Assembly (NCBI RefSeq): GCF_009914755.1
Contig: NC_060929.1
DNA from: the human T2T-CHM13v2.0 reference genome, Homo sapiens
Direction: 5' to 3' (one strand)
DNA length: 64,000 nt
The notes beneath the pieces were generated by a model. It was not told the DNA's origin. It searched no databases and saw only the letters and a program-made list of their open reading frames with translations. The position numbers and the translations under genes are program-made. Below are positions 15,273 to 31,112 of the stretch, piece by piece. Numbering within the stretch: the stretch's first letter is position 1; every line of letters begins with the position of its first letter.

Positions 15273-15834
15273 GCCATTTCAAAAACAAATCTGCTCTTTT
15301 ACCTTCACATTGCTTAATGTTCTGATAATAAAAATGAATATTGGAACAGGTATTAAATTGTGCTTTTTTAAGTCTCTCAACCTTTTCCACTTGCTTTTTT
15401 GTCTAACACAGCCTCAGACCTTCTAATGAGACAGGCAGTCCTGATGGTACTAACTAAGAAAATATATTTGGAAAGATAGAATTTTTTAGCATCAGAACTG
15501 AGGCAGACAGGCGCTTAGAAGCCCTCCAGAACACTCAAAATTCAAAAGCTCGAATTTCCTTGCCTGTTAATTTTTGCAGTTTCCCAGTCTCAGGGGATGC
15601 CCCACCCAGGCATTGTTAATGATTTGAAGAAACCATCTGTGTGGTATAAATGGCAATGCCTGTGTCTGATTAGTTTAAAATAGCTGACAAAATCCACATG
15701 GTTAAATAAATCAGGGAAATGGTAACCAAAGCACAGATGTTTACAATCTTCCTGCACAGTCATATAAACATCTGTCAAGAAAACAATGCCTGCTAGACTG
15801 TCTCTCAAATTCACGCATTTAAATAATTTTTTAA

Positions 15835-16000
15835 ATGCAGTTTGTTGAGCATTTAGTATGTACTACTTCCTATGCTCAATACATTTATTTTCTCATTTAA
15901 TGCTCACAAGAACCTTATAAGCAGAATACTATTATTTTCATTTTATAGATAAAATTGCAGCTGGGATGTTGAGTGATTCATTTGAAGTCAGACACCAAAT
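15835..16000 (-). mobile_element. MIR
   Basis: ttgagcatttagtatgt...ctcatttaatgctcacaagaaccttataag...cattttatagat. Confidence 0.7.
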
Positions 16001-17423
16001 CTATAATATTAATCACTTAGTAAGCAAGAACACATAGTTATATTTCAGGCTCAAATATCTACTTATCAGAACTATAGCTGGTTTACAAAACAGCAACAAC
16101 AACAACTTTCATCTGCAAACAACCAACAATAAACATAACATGAAAACTAGTAGTAAAACAAATGACTGTGTACAGACATACTCTGAAAAACCTCACATGT
16201 GTATTTATTTCATTCGATTCTTACATAATTGCCAATTGTTTACAAGAAGGGAACAGATTTTATTTATAGCGTGAACACTTTAGCACTGTTTTAAAAGGAA
16301 CTTTGGGTAAAAGTTGACAAAAATAATAAGAAACACTAAGGCAGAATTAAAATAACCTTTTGGCTTCCCTAAATAAGGAAAAATGTTTTGATGGGTCAGA
16401 AATACTATTTTAACTAAAAATCTTATGAGAAAAGCAAAATTAAAGAACTGCATTCCTTTTAGACAGCTCAGTGTATCTCCCACCTCCTCAAATAAACAAA
16501 TAAATGTCTACCATGGTTGATGATTCTTACTGAAGAGATTACACCTAAACTTCCTTAACTGTCATTCTTGCTCTGAATTGTTGTTCCTCACTGCAGAAGC
16601 TCAAAGCCCTTTTTTAAATCCACCTTGGCCTTTTATCTCTGACCTTTCAAGTCTTCCTGAAATCAAATTGCCAAATTCTGTTTTCTCCTTGCAGAACATC
16701 TCCTAATCCTCCTAATATAATTTGGACTGACAAGGCTGAGCTACAGTTTTCAATAATATATCTGCAGATGAAAAAAAGGTTGGCTGGAGGGTTACTCCAA
16801 GCACATTTTCAATTGGAAAAACCAGACGAGAGAGGGCCCCTCCCCTACACTGGGTGTTGGCGCCACAATTGCTACCCATTTGCTGCCACTACAGCCCCTG
16901 GCCTCCAGTGCTGTGTGCTCTGGCTTCTGACCATATGGAGACAGATTTTTTTTATTAATAATAATAACTAGTATTTATAGAGTGCTTATGATGTGCTAAA
17001 CACCTTGCCAAGTGATTTTATATGCCTTTATAGGACTTAGCTAATTAAGTTACATATCTATGTGCTTCCTGCATTTGGTGAGTTAGAGGGGCTTACTCAG
17101 AGGTCCATATAGTGATTAAGAGCCAAATTAGTTCTCATCTCTTTCTCATTCTCTCATCAACAAACTTTCATTAAAGACCTTCTCTGTGCTAGCGCCTTCA
17201 CTAAGCACAGATCTCACCTATGTGGAGCAACAATCTACTGGGGCAGAAAAATACAAATAAATACTGTAATATAAACATATTAAGAAATATGTAGAAAGTA
17301 TTCACATTTTTTTAATGGAAGCTATTTTAATCTGGCTAAGTACATTAGTTAAAAGAATCTTCCACCTTGTCTAGCATGCTTCATTATTAGAGTTCTGGAA
17401 TAAGGTGGTCTGAAGAAGAAGAA

Positions 17424-19288
<1,865 letters not shown>

Positions 19289-20159
19289 AAAGAATTTCTA
19301 TCATCTTGAGTAACTTGCTACAGCATCATCTAGAAAATTCAAAATCACATTCAGGTATTTAATCACTCCCATGTTCAGCCCATTATTTGAGACCCTGATC
19401 CAAGGCTCTTGCTTTGTCCAGGTCAGTTGTCACTCACACAAATTAATTATGTATTTGAAGAATATTTATGAATACGTATAAATGATCACACATATATGTG
19501 AAAAAAGCAAGCAAAAAGTTGCATATGAGTTATAATTTCATTTTGGATGAAAAAGAAAAAGCACCCCAGTAGATAAACATGTATTTGCAAATAAAAATAT
19601 TAGGAGGAAATGTGATATGGTGTTATAATAATTTGAGAGTTCCTTTTCTTCTATATACTACTCTATATTTTATAATTCTATAAATATAACCATCTATAAA
19701 TTTTATAATCAAAAAAAGTAAATATCTAATATAACTTAAAATCAAAAGAAAGATGACTGTAAAAAATCTGCTTTGTATAATATATTTCTAATTATTGTTT
19801 TATTGAGTTTAAGAACATATGGGTTTAAGAAGTATGGTCATGCTATTTTCAAATAAATTTTTTCTGTTAAGAGTCCAAAATAAAGCAAAGAGAAGTTTTG
19901 TTGAAATAGGGTACCTAAATCCAAACAGATTCTATTCACTATCTTATCATAAGACTTGAATTCACTCAACAATGGCCTCTCACCAACCACCTACTAGAGA
20001 AGAAAGGAAAAGAAAGACAACTGGCTGCTCAGATAGATGGTCTCACACATGCTCTTTTGAAGACTGTAACACTGTCAAAGATTCTTCTTCTTCTAGCTTC
20101 CTTGAAGGGGAAACTAATATTCCCCCCTTCCATATGTATACCCCCCAAGAATTCATATT

Positions 20160-20370
20160 TTAAAATATATCTAAAATACAAAAAATTCTGGGGCTGAGGA
20201 CAGAAACAGAAAATGCCTACAAATAGTCCCATGAGATCTTTTTGAAACAATGGAAATTTTCTAGAATTCGATTGTGGTGGTTGCAAAATTCTGTAAATTT
20301 ATGAAAAATCAGTGAATTGTACACTTAAAATGAGCACATGTTGTACCTCAATAAAGGTTACAAAAAAATA
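20160..20370 (+). mobile_element. old L1M 3' end
   Basis: tggaaattttctagaattcgattgtggtggttgcaaaattctgtaaattt...gaattgtacacttaaaatg...cctcaataaag. Confidence 0.65.
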
Positions 20371-20483
20371 AAAACAGTAATGTAATTGAATACAGGAAAG
20401 AATTACCATTACAGATGAAAATGTTTGAGGAATTCTGAAAGCTATTAAGGAACTAAGATTTATTGAAAGAGGTATCAGACCAA

Positions 20484-20653
20484 GAGGACCAGCAACACAA
20501 TTTACAAGGCCCAGTACAAAATGAAAATCCATGTCCAAAAATCATTAAGAATTTCAAGAGGGTGAAAGGAGAGCATTAAACCAAGTTCAAGGGCCCTCTT
20601 GAGTACAGAAACCTGTAGGACTGTACAGGTCTCATGTCCTAAAACCAGCCATG
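20484..20653 (-). mobile_element. MER45A (hAT-Tip100) MITE
   Basis: gcccagtacaaaatgaaaat...attaagaatttcaagagggtga...gagcattaaaccaag...gggccctcttgag is the reverse complement of the recalled MER45A consensus. Confidence 0.8.
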
Positions 20654-20659
20654 CAGATA

Positions 20660-21330
20660 AGAAAAATCTTACTCTGAAATATGGAAGAGAGAAGAATTCT
20701 ATGAAGTGTGAAGGATGCTCCAAACTAAAAGCAAAGAGATCCAAGAAGTAGATAGGTCTTGGTGGTGCTCACAGTGGAACTGGAGAATTCACATGCAGCT
20801 ACAGACAGGTCAGCATCTACTTCGCCTTCTGTTTATGCTGAACAATAGCTGAGAGATAAGAGCGGCGTTTACTTCTGGACTAAAGCACAAATGCAGGAAA
20901 TGGGGTTGCAGACACAGAGGAATGCTTCAGGTTGATAGTGTTTAGCAAGAGGATAAGGAGCCCACAAACCGAGTAGACACACCACCTGCATGCCCACTCC
21001 AGTGGCACAAACCAACCCTCCCTCACAATAACTGAAGGAAATTTCCTCTAGTCAGAAGTTCCCCAATTCACAAATGGGAAAACAGGAGTTTAAATATCAG
21101 CATAAAATGAACTCAACAAGCAATCATCATCCAACATTTGAAGAAAACCAAAACAGTGAAAAGAAGAAACAAATTCTGAAAACAGAATAATTAAAATCCA
21201 AGAGAAAACAAGCCATTTTTAAAATTAGTATTGTTAACATTTGCTAAGAGAATATCTCATCTGAAAATATAAACAAAATAGGTGTTTTGGGATGAAAACA
21301 ACTACAGATCTTGAGTTTTAAAGAAAGAAG
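20660..21330 (+). mobile_element. HAL1 / old L1 5'-ORF1-like remnant
   Basis: tgaactcaacaagc...caacatttgaagaaaacc...ttttaaaattagtattgttaacatttgctaagagaatatctcatctg resembles the HAL1 ORF start. Confidence 0.4.
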
Positions 21331-21339
21331 CAGTGGTTT

Positions 21340-23240
21340 ACTCTTTCAGTTTATTAAGAGAACGTTTGACAGGTGTTTTTAGTTTTAATGTAGTTTATCA
21401 ATCTTTCTTTTTATTGTTAGTGATTTGTGCATTGTGTTTAACAAATCTTTGATCATTCTAAGGTCATAAAGATATTTTATGTCGCATATGTTATCTTGCA
21501 GATGCCTTATTTTTTTCATCTTTCACATTTATAACTACAATCCACCTGGAATTGCTTTTGTGTGTTCAGTAGGGTGAAGAGAAGGAGTAGATTGTTTTAT
21601 TTTCTCCCATACAGATACTGAATTGACCCGGCATCATTTAGTGAAAAACTATTATTTCTCCCCTAGTCCAAAGTGTCCCGGAGTTGCATATTATCCATAG
21701 GTGAGTCTGTTTCTAGGCTTTCCACTGGGCTTTTTGTTTATACTTTGGACAATACTAATGTCTTAATTGTTCTAACTACATATTAAGCCTTTATATTCAG
21801 CAAAGAATATCCCTCAACTTCATTCTTCCTCAAAATTGTCTTAGCTATTTTTGGCCCTCTGAATCTCCATATAAATTTTAGAACCAGCTTTTAACTTCCA
21901 CAAAGTAAAACTGCTGAGGTTTTGACTTGAATTGCATTGAATCTGGAGACCAATATAGGAGGAACTGACATCTTTAAATGAAAAAAACGAACAACCCCAT
22001 CAAAAAGTGAGCAAAGGATATGAACAGACACTTCTCAAAAGAAGACATTTATGCAGCCAAAAGACATGTGAAAAAATGCTCATCATCACTGCCCATCAGA
22101 GAAATGCAAATCAAAACCACAATGAGATACCATCTCACACCAGTTAGAATGGAGATCATTAAAAAGTCAGGAAACAACAGGTGCTGGAGAGGATGTGGAG
22201 AAATAGGAACACTTTTACACTGTTGGTGGGACTGTAAACTAGTTCGACCATTGTGGAAGACAGTGTGGCAATTCTTCAAGGATCTAGAACTAGAAATACC
22301 ATTTGACCCAGCCATCCCATTACTGAGTATATACCCAAAGGATTATAAATCATGCTGCTATAAAGACACATGCATACATATGTTTATTGTGTCACTATTC
22401 ACAATAGCAAAGATTTGGAACCAACCCAAATGTCCAACAATGATAGACTGGATTAAGAAAATGTGGCACATATACACCATGGAATACTATGCAGCCATAA
22501 AAAAGGATGAGTTCATGTCCTTTGTAGGGACATGGATGAAGCTGGAAACCATCATTCTCAGCAAACTATCGCAAGGACAAACAACCAAACACTGCATATT
22601 CTCACTCATAGGTGGGAATTGAACAATGAGAACATTTGGACACAGGAAGGGGAACATCACACACTGGGGCCTGTCGTGGGGTGGGGGGAGGGGGGAGGGA
22701 TAGCATTTGGAGATATACCTAATGTAATGACAAGTTAATGGGTGCAGCACACCAACATGGCACATGTATACATATATAACAAGCCTGCAGATTGTGCACA
22801 TGTACCCTAGAACTTAAAGTATAATTAAAAAAAAAAGCTTTCCAGCAATGAATATGTACATCTTTCCACTTATTTAAATCATCTACAATTCTCTCAAAAA
22901 TGTTGTTTGGTATAAAGAAATAAGATTGATTTTTATATTGACCATCTCTTTAGATACTTGAGATTTTCTACATACAGAAATGTATGATCTGCTGATACTG
23001 AGAGTTTTATTTACTGTTTTCCAATCCTTCTTGTTATTTCTTCGTTTTTTAATCTTATTGCTCTGACTAGAACTATAGTACAATGTTGAATAGAAGCAGT
23101 GAGTGCAAGCATTCTCGTCTCATTCCTGATCCCAAACATTTCATAGTCCATGACTTAGTCAACTTTAGTAAATTATGTTATATGGTTTTTCAAAGCAGTT
23201 GTATAATTTTACACTTCCAACAGCAGTATGAGAGTTCCAG
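21340..23240 (-). mobile_element. old L1M ORF2 remnant, interrupted by the L1PA at 21980-22836
   Basis: ttcttcctcaaaattgtcttagctatttttggccctctgaatctccatataaattttagaaccagc...ttgcattgaatctg; resumes after 22836 (tagtacaatgttgaatagaagcagtgagtg). Confidence 0.8.
21980..22836 (+). mobile_element. L1PA (about L1PA5/6), 5'-truncated
   Basis: ORF 22020-22622 is the ORF2 C-terminus ([13 protein letters not shown]...CWWDCKL); 3'UTR and A-tail 22827-22836. Confidence 0.97.
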
Positions 23241-24519
23241 TGGGAATACGGAGCATCTACCTCTAGAGTCTTAAAGTCTGTCTTAATATTTCCTCACTTC
23301 TCCCTTCCATTTCATAATTCAATCACTGAAAGGAAAAAAAAACAAAACTATTACAGATGGTTGCTTCTCTGAGAATGAAGCGAAAATGCAGAGGTTTGGC
23401 AGAGAATGAATCCAGGAGGAGGTGTTTGGTTTACTCCATATTCTTCTATATTGTCACTTAATTTTTATCGCTAGTATAATTTTGTGTATTATTTTGTTTT
23501 AATTTCCTAGAAATGAAATTGAAAGATAGGAAGTTAAAATGGAAATAGTATTTAAAATGAACAAATATGAAAACTTTGAATTTAAGTATATAGGAGCAAA
23601 AAATGCATTTTTTAATGGGACAGGACATTGGCTAATGACATGGAGAGACCAAGTGCAGGGAATGTACTACACAAATGTGGCTATGATCACATCCTCCAAT
23701 CATCCTCATGGTCTGAGGCTTACCTTCACACTCCAGAGAGGCTTGTTCCAGGACAATAAATGAAGAGGATTGGATCTTCACAAGCTTACACTTCATTTGA
23801 AGTGCTTATTTTAGCCTTTTTCCAAAATATTTGGATATCCAGATATAGGAACTATAACATTAAATAAGCTTCTGGATCTGAATGTTCCTTAACATTTTTA
23901 AACGTTTTCTTCCCTACTAAAATTTCATAGTGATTTTTTCCATTGAGGAGAAATTATGTTTTATATTTCTTCTCCTACCTGTTTTGAAGAATACAAATGA
24001 GAATCTGGAAAACAAAGAGTATTGAGTCTTCAAACTCTACTTAAACTAAATCATATTCAGGTCTCCTGCACATTTTTACCTGCTCTGAAGCTCTATTCCA
24101 TGGCACAAATATTTTACTAGGGGAATTTAGAGAGCTTATCTGCCATCATGCCATTAATTCTATCTTATTAGTATTGCTTTATTTGGTGCAACAAAAAGAA
24201 AGTTGCATATTTCCCTCTTTAAGTCTAATTTTTATTACAAGATTTGCTTGCTTCTCTCTTCCTTGGCAACACTTCTCTCTTAAAGAATGCCAAATTCTTA
24301 CATGAACCTAAATGCGATGGTGATGAAATCAGTGTTTGAGTTGTATTCTCTGATTCATCTGGATAAACTGGATGGAGGACTGTCCTTCTAGCTCAGGAAG
24401 ACACCTGAGTGTGTCCTCTTAGTGCAATCCTATCTCTAAGCCATCCCTTCCCACACCAGTGAGATCTTCATCTATTCTTAAACAATCCTATGTTATATAA
24501 TATTAAAATAGAGTATGTC

Positions 24520-24716
24520 ATGCCATGCATGGATTGAAGAAAAAACTCAACTGGGCTGTAGAAGAACAGGCTTCCATCCTGGTTAATTTCTACTAATCAA
24601 GCTAGATGACTTAAGCCAAGATACAACTTCTTGAGGCTTCAGTTTTCTCACCTGGAAATGCATCATTTGTATTTGATGATCATTGAGGGCCCTTCCAATT
24701 CTAACAATCTGTATCT
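24520..24716 (+). mobile_element. MIR3-like SINE
   Basis: gatgacttaagccaag...cttcagttttctcacctggaaatg...gggcccttccaattctaacaatctgt. Confidence 0.6.
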
Positions 24717-25164
24717 AGTCATCTATATGAAGCTTAGAAAAGGAACAATTACATTAGTTTCTTAATGGTGCAATTTTAAATTATATTAGAGGGAAAAATA
24801 AAGTGGTTTTAACTTTTTTATTTACATTTGGAACTGAATAAAACAGGTAAGTGAGAATATTGGTACATTTCAGCAATATATTTTATGACATCTTTTGTTC
24901 AAGGGAGCAGTTTGGGTGGATGCCAACAGTTCAATTTTTTCACCACTATTCAGTGGGCTTCCTACACAACTCTCCACTGCTAGAAATATGAGCAATAATA
25001 AATACTTCAACAATTGATTTCAAACTGGGCTTGTGAAACTCTAGAGTTCTACAAAGCCTTTCAAAGTATCTGCAAATATTTTATATGAATTTCACTTTTT
25101 AAACTATGTGCTAAATATTTTATATGTATAATGTGTATCTCTTTATTCAGAAGTATTATGTTTA

Positions 25165-25590
25165 GTCATTCAACAAACATTCATGAAGTGATTATTACAT
25201 GTTGAGAACTCGGGGTTCAGGAACAAATGACACAGACAAAAATTCCTGCCCTCCCCCATGAGATTCACATTCTAGTGGGTGTAGCAAAAAGGAAACAAAA
25301 TAAATACTATATATATTAACTGTTTATAAAGGCAGTGGAGGAAAATTAAGCAGGAGCTACAAAATGAAACAAAAGTTTAGAGTAGGTCTGTCCGAAAAGG
25401 TGGCAGTTCAGTAAGACTTAAAGGATGTGGGGAGCAAGCCAGAGAAATAGTTAGTGCAAAGGCCCTGGGCCAGGAGACTGGGAGCAGCAGTCAGACCACC
25501 CTCCACTGAAGGGAGAGGGAGATAGAAAGAGACAAAGCCATAAAAGGAATGGAGGCCTGTGGGTCATCATAGGTCTTTGGCTTTTAACAC
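25165..25590 (-). mobile_element. L2a fragment
   Basis: tcattcaacaaacattcat...acagacaaaaattcctgccctc...cacattctagtggg...agtgcaaaggccctggg. Confidence 0.75.
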
Positions 25591-25671
25591 ATAGAAAATC
25601 CCTAATGCTTTGATTTGTGCTGTCTAGTACAGTAGTTTTTTGTGGAGCTTTCCTGTATTCTCTTTATATCC

Positions 25672-26097
25672 TGATATGATTTGAGTGTATCCCCTCTAAG
25701 TCTCATGTTGAAATGTGATTCCCAATGTTGAAGGTGGAGCCTGGTAGGAGATGACTGGATCATGGGGGCAGATCCCTCATGAATGGCTTAGCACCATCCC
25801 CTTGGTGATAAACCACTTCTTGCTCAGTTCACATGAGATCTGGTTGTTTAAAAAAGTCTGGGAACTCCCCGCTCTCTCTCTTGCTCCTTCTAATTCCATG
25901 TGACTTGCCTGCTTCTGCTTCTCCTTCTGACATGAGTAAAACTCCCTGAGGTCTCACCAGAAGCCAAGCAGATGACAGCACCATACTTCCTGTATAGCCT
26001 GCAGAACCATGAGCAATTAAACCTCTTTTATTTGTAAATTACCCAGTTGCAGCTATTTCTTTATAGTGATGCAAAAAAAAAAAAACTGACTAACACA
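25672..26097 (+). mobile_element. MSTB-type MaLR solo LTR
   Basis: tgatatgatttgagtgtatcccc...gactaacaca; perfect TSD tatcc at 25667-71 and 26098-102. Confidence 0.92.
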
Positions 26098-27045
26098 TAT
26101 CCATTTGAATATGGCACTGAACAAGGAGATTATATTTCTGTACAATCTTGTTCAAAATCAGGCTGTTACCTTCTCATTCAAGTAAAAACTGCATTTTTAT
26201 TATAATAAATGTGGGTTAGGTTAAATGACATGCCAGGTCAGGCTTAGTTATATCTCCTTATGTCACTTTTGCAACAACAAGCAGTACTCCTGTTGGGAAA
26301 GGGAAATTGTGATTTACGTGAGCCTCTTTCAATGAACATAATGACTTGATATGAAGTTTCTAGATGGAATTTGCAGTCATATCTGTCTCAACATCCAACT
26401 TATAGTTGAATTTTGCTTGACTTTTCAGTACCAGGATAATACTGACTTAGACAAGTAGTTGCAAAAGGATAGCAGCTTATTGTGCAATCCCAGGATGCTT
26501 TTAATAAACTGCTCTGGAAACTGGAAAGGGATATAAATGATATATTTTATTTCCCATTAAAATGAAATAACATAAATATATGATGTTTATTAGGGAAGGG
26601 AGGTAAATGGAAAGCAGCAATTATGATATGTGCTCTGCTCATTGGCTTCATTAAGAATGGGCTCCCAATATAAGTACGGAGATTAACCTTCACTGAATAT
26701 TGAAAAATGATGGTTCTAATCATGGTCAATTTGAGAAAAGTAAAATTTGAGCAAGTCAGTAATAGAAGGGCGGGATGGGTACAGACTCAGAAACTTCGAC
26801 TATTGCTATATTTTAGTGAATTAATAGAAGACATAAAAACTAGGAAGAGAATCAGCTGGCAATAGACAATATACTAATTGATATAAATAAGGATCATTCA
26901 CCAGTGTTAAAATCATTGGATGACAGGTTGTTGGGTAACAGGATATTCACTTATTTACATGATAACAAAGAATTCTGACAGAGTACTTACTAATTTACAA
27001 AAGAGAAACAGTACCTTTATTAAAGAGAAATCTTTCAGAAACTAC

Positions 27046-29272
27046 CGATATTGTTTGGCTGTGTCCCCACCCAAATCTCATCTTGAATAGTAACAATCCC
27101 CACGTGTCAAGGGCAGGGCCAAGTGGACATAATTGAATCGGGGGTGGGTTTTTCTCATGCTGTTCTTATGATAGTGAATAAGTCTCACAAGATCTGACGG
27201 TTTTATAAAAGAGAGTTCCCCTACACATGCTCTCTTGCCTGCCGCCATGTAAGATGTGACTTTGCTCCTTGTTTGCCTTCTGCCATGATTGTGAGGTCTC
27301 CCCAGTCATGTGTAACTGTGTGTCTATTAAACCTCTTTCCTTTATAAATTACCCAGTCTCTGGTATGTCTTTATTAGGAGCATGAGAACAGACTCATACA
27401 GTAAATTGGTACCTGCTAGTGGGGCACCACCGTAAAGATACCTGAAAATGTGGAAGTGGCTTTAGTATTGGGTAAAAGTCACAGATTAGAACAGTTTGGA
27501 GGGCTCAGATGAAAACAGGAAAATGTGGGAAAGTTTGGAACTTCCTAGAGACTTGTTGAATGGTTTTGACCAAAATGCTAGTAGAGATATGGACAATAAG
27601 GTTCAGGCTGAGGTGGTCTCAGATGGAGATGAGGAGCTTTTTGGGAACTGGAGCAAAGGTGACTCTTGTTATGCTTTAGCAAAGAGGTTGGTGGCATTTT
27701 GCCCCTGCCCTAGAATCTGTGGAACTTTGAACTTGAGAGAGATGATTTAGGGTATTGGGTGGAAAAAATTTTTAAGTAGCAAAGAGTTCAAGAGGAAGCA
27801 AAGCATAAAGCTTTGGAAAATTTGCAGCCTGACAATGCAATAGGAAAGAAAAACCCATTTTCTGGGGAGAAACTCAAGCCTCCTGCTGCAGAAATTTGTA
27901 TAAGTAACAAGGAGCCAAGTGTTAATCCCCAAGAAAATGGGGAAAGTGTCTCCAGGGCATGTCAGACACCTTTGCAGCAGCCCCTTCCATGACCATCACA
28001 GGCCCTGAGGCCTATGAGGAAATGGTTTCGTGGCCCCTGCTGTGTGTAGCCTAGAGACATGGTGCCCTGTGTCCCAGCCACTCCAGCCATGGCTAAAAGA
28101 GGCCAATGTATAGTTTGGGCCATGGCTTTGGAGAGTGCAAGTCCCAAGCCCTGGCAGCTTCTATGTGGTATTGAGCCTGTGGGTACACAGAAGTCAAGAA
28201 TTGAGGTTTGGGAACCTCCACCTAGATTTCACAGGATATATGGAAATGAACTAGATGTCCAGGCAGAAGTTTGCTGCAGGGGCAGGGCCCTCATGGAGAA
28301 CCTCTGCTAGGGTAGTATGGAAGGGAAATGTGGGGATGGAGCCCCAACACAGAGTCCCCACTGGAGCACTGCCAAGTGGAGCTTTGAGAAGAGGGCCACC
28401 ATCCTCCAGACCCCGGAATGGGAGATCCACTGACAGCTTACACCATGTGCCTGGAAAAGCTGTAGACACTCAATGCCAGCCCATGAATGCATCCAGGAGG
28501 GGGGCTGTACCCTGCAAAGTCACAGGAGCAGAGCTGCCTGGGACTGTGGGAACCCACCTCTTGCATTAGTGTGACCTGGATGTGAGACAGGGAGGCAAAG
28601 GACATTATTTCGGAGCTTTAATTACTGCCTTGTTGGATTTCAGACTTGCACGGGCCTGTAGCCCCTTTGTTTTGGCCAATTTCTCCAATTTGGAATAAGT
28701 CTATTTACCCAATGCCTGTACTCCCATTGTATCTAGGAAGTAACTAACTTGTTTTTGATTTTCCAGGCTCATAGGCAGAAATGACTTGCCTTATCTCAGA
28801 TGAGACTTTCAACTGTGGACTCCTGAGTTAATGCTGAATGAGTTAAGACTTTGGGGGACTATTAGGAAGGCGTGATTGAAATGAGAGGACATGAGATTTG
28901 GGAGGGGCCAGGGATGGAATGATATGGTTTGGCTCTGTTCCCACCCAGATCTCACCTTGAATTGTAATAATCCCCACGTGTCAAGGGCAAGGCCAGGTGG
29001 AGATAATTGAATCGTGGGGGCAGTTCCCCATACTGTTCCCATTGTAGTGAATAAGTCTCACCAGATTTGATGGTTTTATAAATGAGAGTTCATCTGCACA
29101 AGTTCTCTTGCCTGCCAACATGTAAGACATGACTTTGCTCCTCTTTTGTCTTCCACCATGATTGTGAAGCCTCTCAGGCCATGTGGAACTGTGAATCTAT
29201 TAACATCTTTCCTTTATAAATTACCTAGTCTTGTGTACGTTTTTAGTAGCAGTGTGAGAACAGACTAATACA
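27046..29272 (+). mobile_element. full-structure THE1 (THE1C-like): 5'LTR 27046-27400, internal region 27401-28919, 3'LTR 28920-29272
   Basis: two ~355-bp LTRs; the internal region starts gtaaattggtacc and ends in the purine tract gggaggggccagggatggaa; degenerate TSD actac/agtat. Confidence 0.95.
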
Positions 29273-29469
29273 AGTATCTTAACCAAGCAATTAAGCTCAA
29301 TATTATGTGCCTCTACATATGATGAAATGAAATGTACAGAACACTAACTATAGAGTATTCTTGTCAATAAAATGTTTATAATTGAATTATGAGGAAACAA
29401 CCTTAAAAGTCCAAATTGTAGGACTTTTGGCAAGACAATTGGACTAGACTATTCAAAATGTTCCTATCA

Positions 29470-31112
29470 GAAACAGATCAATGGAACAGAATAGAAAACC
29501 CAGAAATAAAGCCATATACCTATAACCAACTGATCTTTGACAAAGACAACAAAAATATACAATGGGGAAAGGACATCCTGTTCAATAAACAGTGCTGGGA
29601 TAATTGGAGAGCTATGTGCAGAAGAATGAAGCTGGACCCCATCTCACACCATATACACTAATTGACTGAAAATATGTTAAAGTCTTAATTGTAAGACCTG
29701 AAACTATAAAAGTCCCAGAGGAAAACCTCTTCTGGACATTAGTATTTGCAAAGAATTTATGACTAAGTCCTCAAAAAAAAAAATAGACAAATGGAACTTA
29801 AACTTTTTGAAACAAAAATAGACAAATGAAACTTAAACTAAAAAGCTTCTACATAGCAAAAGAAATAATTAACAGAGTAAACAGACAACCTACAGAATGG
29901 GAGAAAATATTTACAAACTGTGCATTCAACCAAGAACTAATATCTAGACTCTACAAGGAACTCAAACAACTCAATACAAAAAAAACAAATAACCCCATGG
30001 AAAAGAGGGCAAAGGACATGAACAGACATTTTTCAAAAGGAAGCAAACAAGCAGCCAACAAACATATGAACAAATGCTCCACATCACTAATCACCAGAGA
30101 AATGCAAATTAAAACCACAATGAGATACTATCTCACACCAGTCAGAATGGCTATTACTAAAAAGTCAAAAAACAACAGATGGTGAGGATGTGAAGAAAAG
30201 AGAGCAGTTATATACTGTTGGTGGAAATGTAAATTAATTCAACCTCTATAGAAAACAGTACAATGATTTCTCAAAAACTAAAAATAGCACTACCATTCTA
30301 CCCAGTAATCCCACCACTGGGTATCTACCCAGAGGAAAAAAAAATTATATAATTTCTACACTTGTATGTTTATTGCAGCAATATTCACAATAGCAAACTC
30401 ACGGAATCAGTCTACGTGTTCATCAATGGATTACTGGGTTAAAATGTGATATGTATACATATATATATACACATACACACACATACACACCATGTGTGTA
30501 TATATATACATTTATGTATATATACACACATATGTGTGTGTATATATAATATATATAATCACATTATTCCATGGTGTGTGGAATATACACACATACACAC
30601 ACACAAACACACACATGGAATAGTGTGGTTATAATAATATATTATTAATAATATTATTATAAATTATATCTATTATATATACACACACATATCATGGAAT
30701 AATGTGATTATATATATTACATATAGACACACACAGACATTCCATGGAATACTATGCAGCCATAAAAAAGAATGAAATCCTGTCTTTTGCAACAACATGG
30801 ATGGAACTGAAGGTCATTATACTAAGTGAAATGACTCACAAACAGAAAAAAGCCACATGTTCTCACTTATAAGTGGGAGCTAAACAATGGGTACACACAG
30901 ACATACAGAGTAGAATAAAAGACATTGGAGACTCCAAAAGGAGGGAGGGTGGAAGTGGGATGAGGGATGAAATACCATCTACTGGGTACAATGTACACTA
31001 TTCAGATAATGGGTACACTAAAAGCTTAGATTTCGCCACTAAGCAACATATGCATGTAGCACAACTACACTTGTGCCCATATATTCATAAAAATAAAACA
31101 TTTAATTTCTTT
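29470..31112 (+). mobile_element. L1PB, 5'-truncated
   Basis: ORF2 remnants ([13 protein letters not shown]; MNRHFSK...[11 protein letters not shown]); L1PB-type 3'UTR; degenerate TSD aaatgttcctatca / aagagttcctgtca. Confidence 0.9.
30445..30745. repeat. (TA)n/(CA)n low-complexity expansion with an internal 27-bp inverted repeat
   Basis: 30547-30573 is the exact reverse complement of 30693-30719. Confidence 0.9.

Noticed and set aside
24844-24852. Consensus splice donor CAG|GTAAGT on +
   Set aside because: No convincing paired acceptor or coding frame; isolated 9-mers are expected by chance
27496-28569. Cluster of overlapping ORFs
   Set aside because: Fragments of the decayed THE1 internal region
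29779-29839. Direct repeat aaaaatagacaaatg(g/a)aacttaaact
   Set aside because: Small slippage duplication inside L1PB; only two units, not an array
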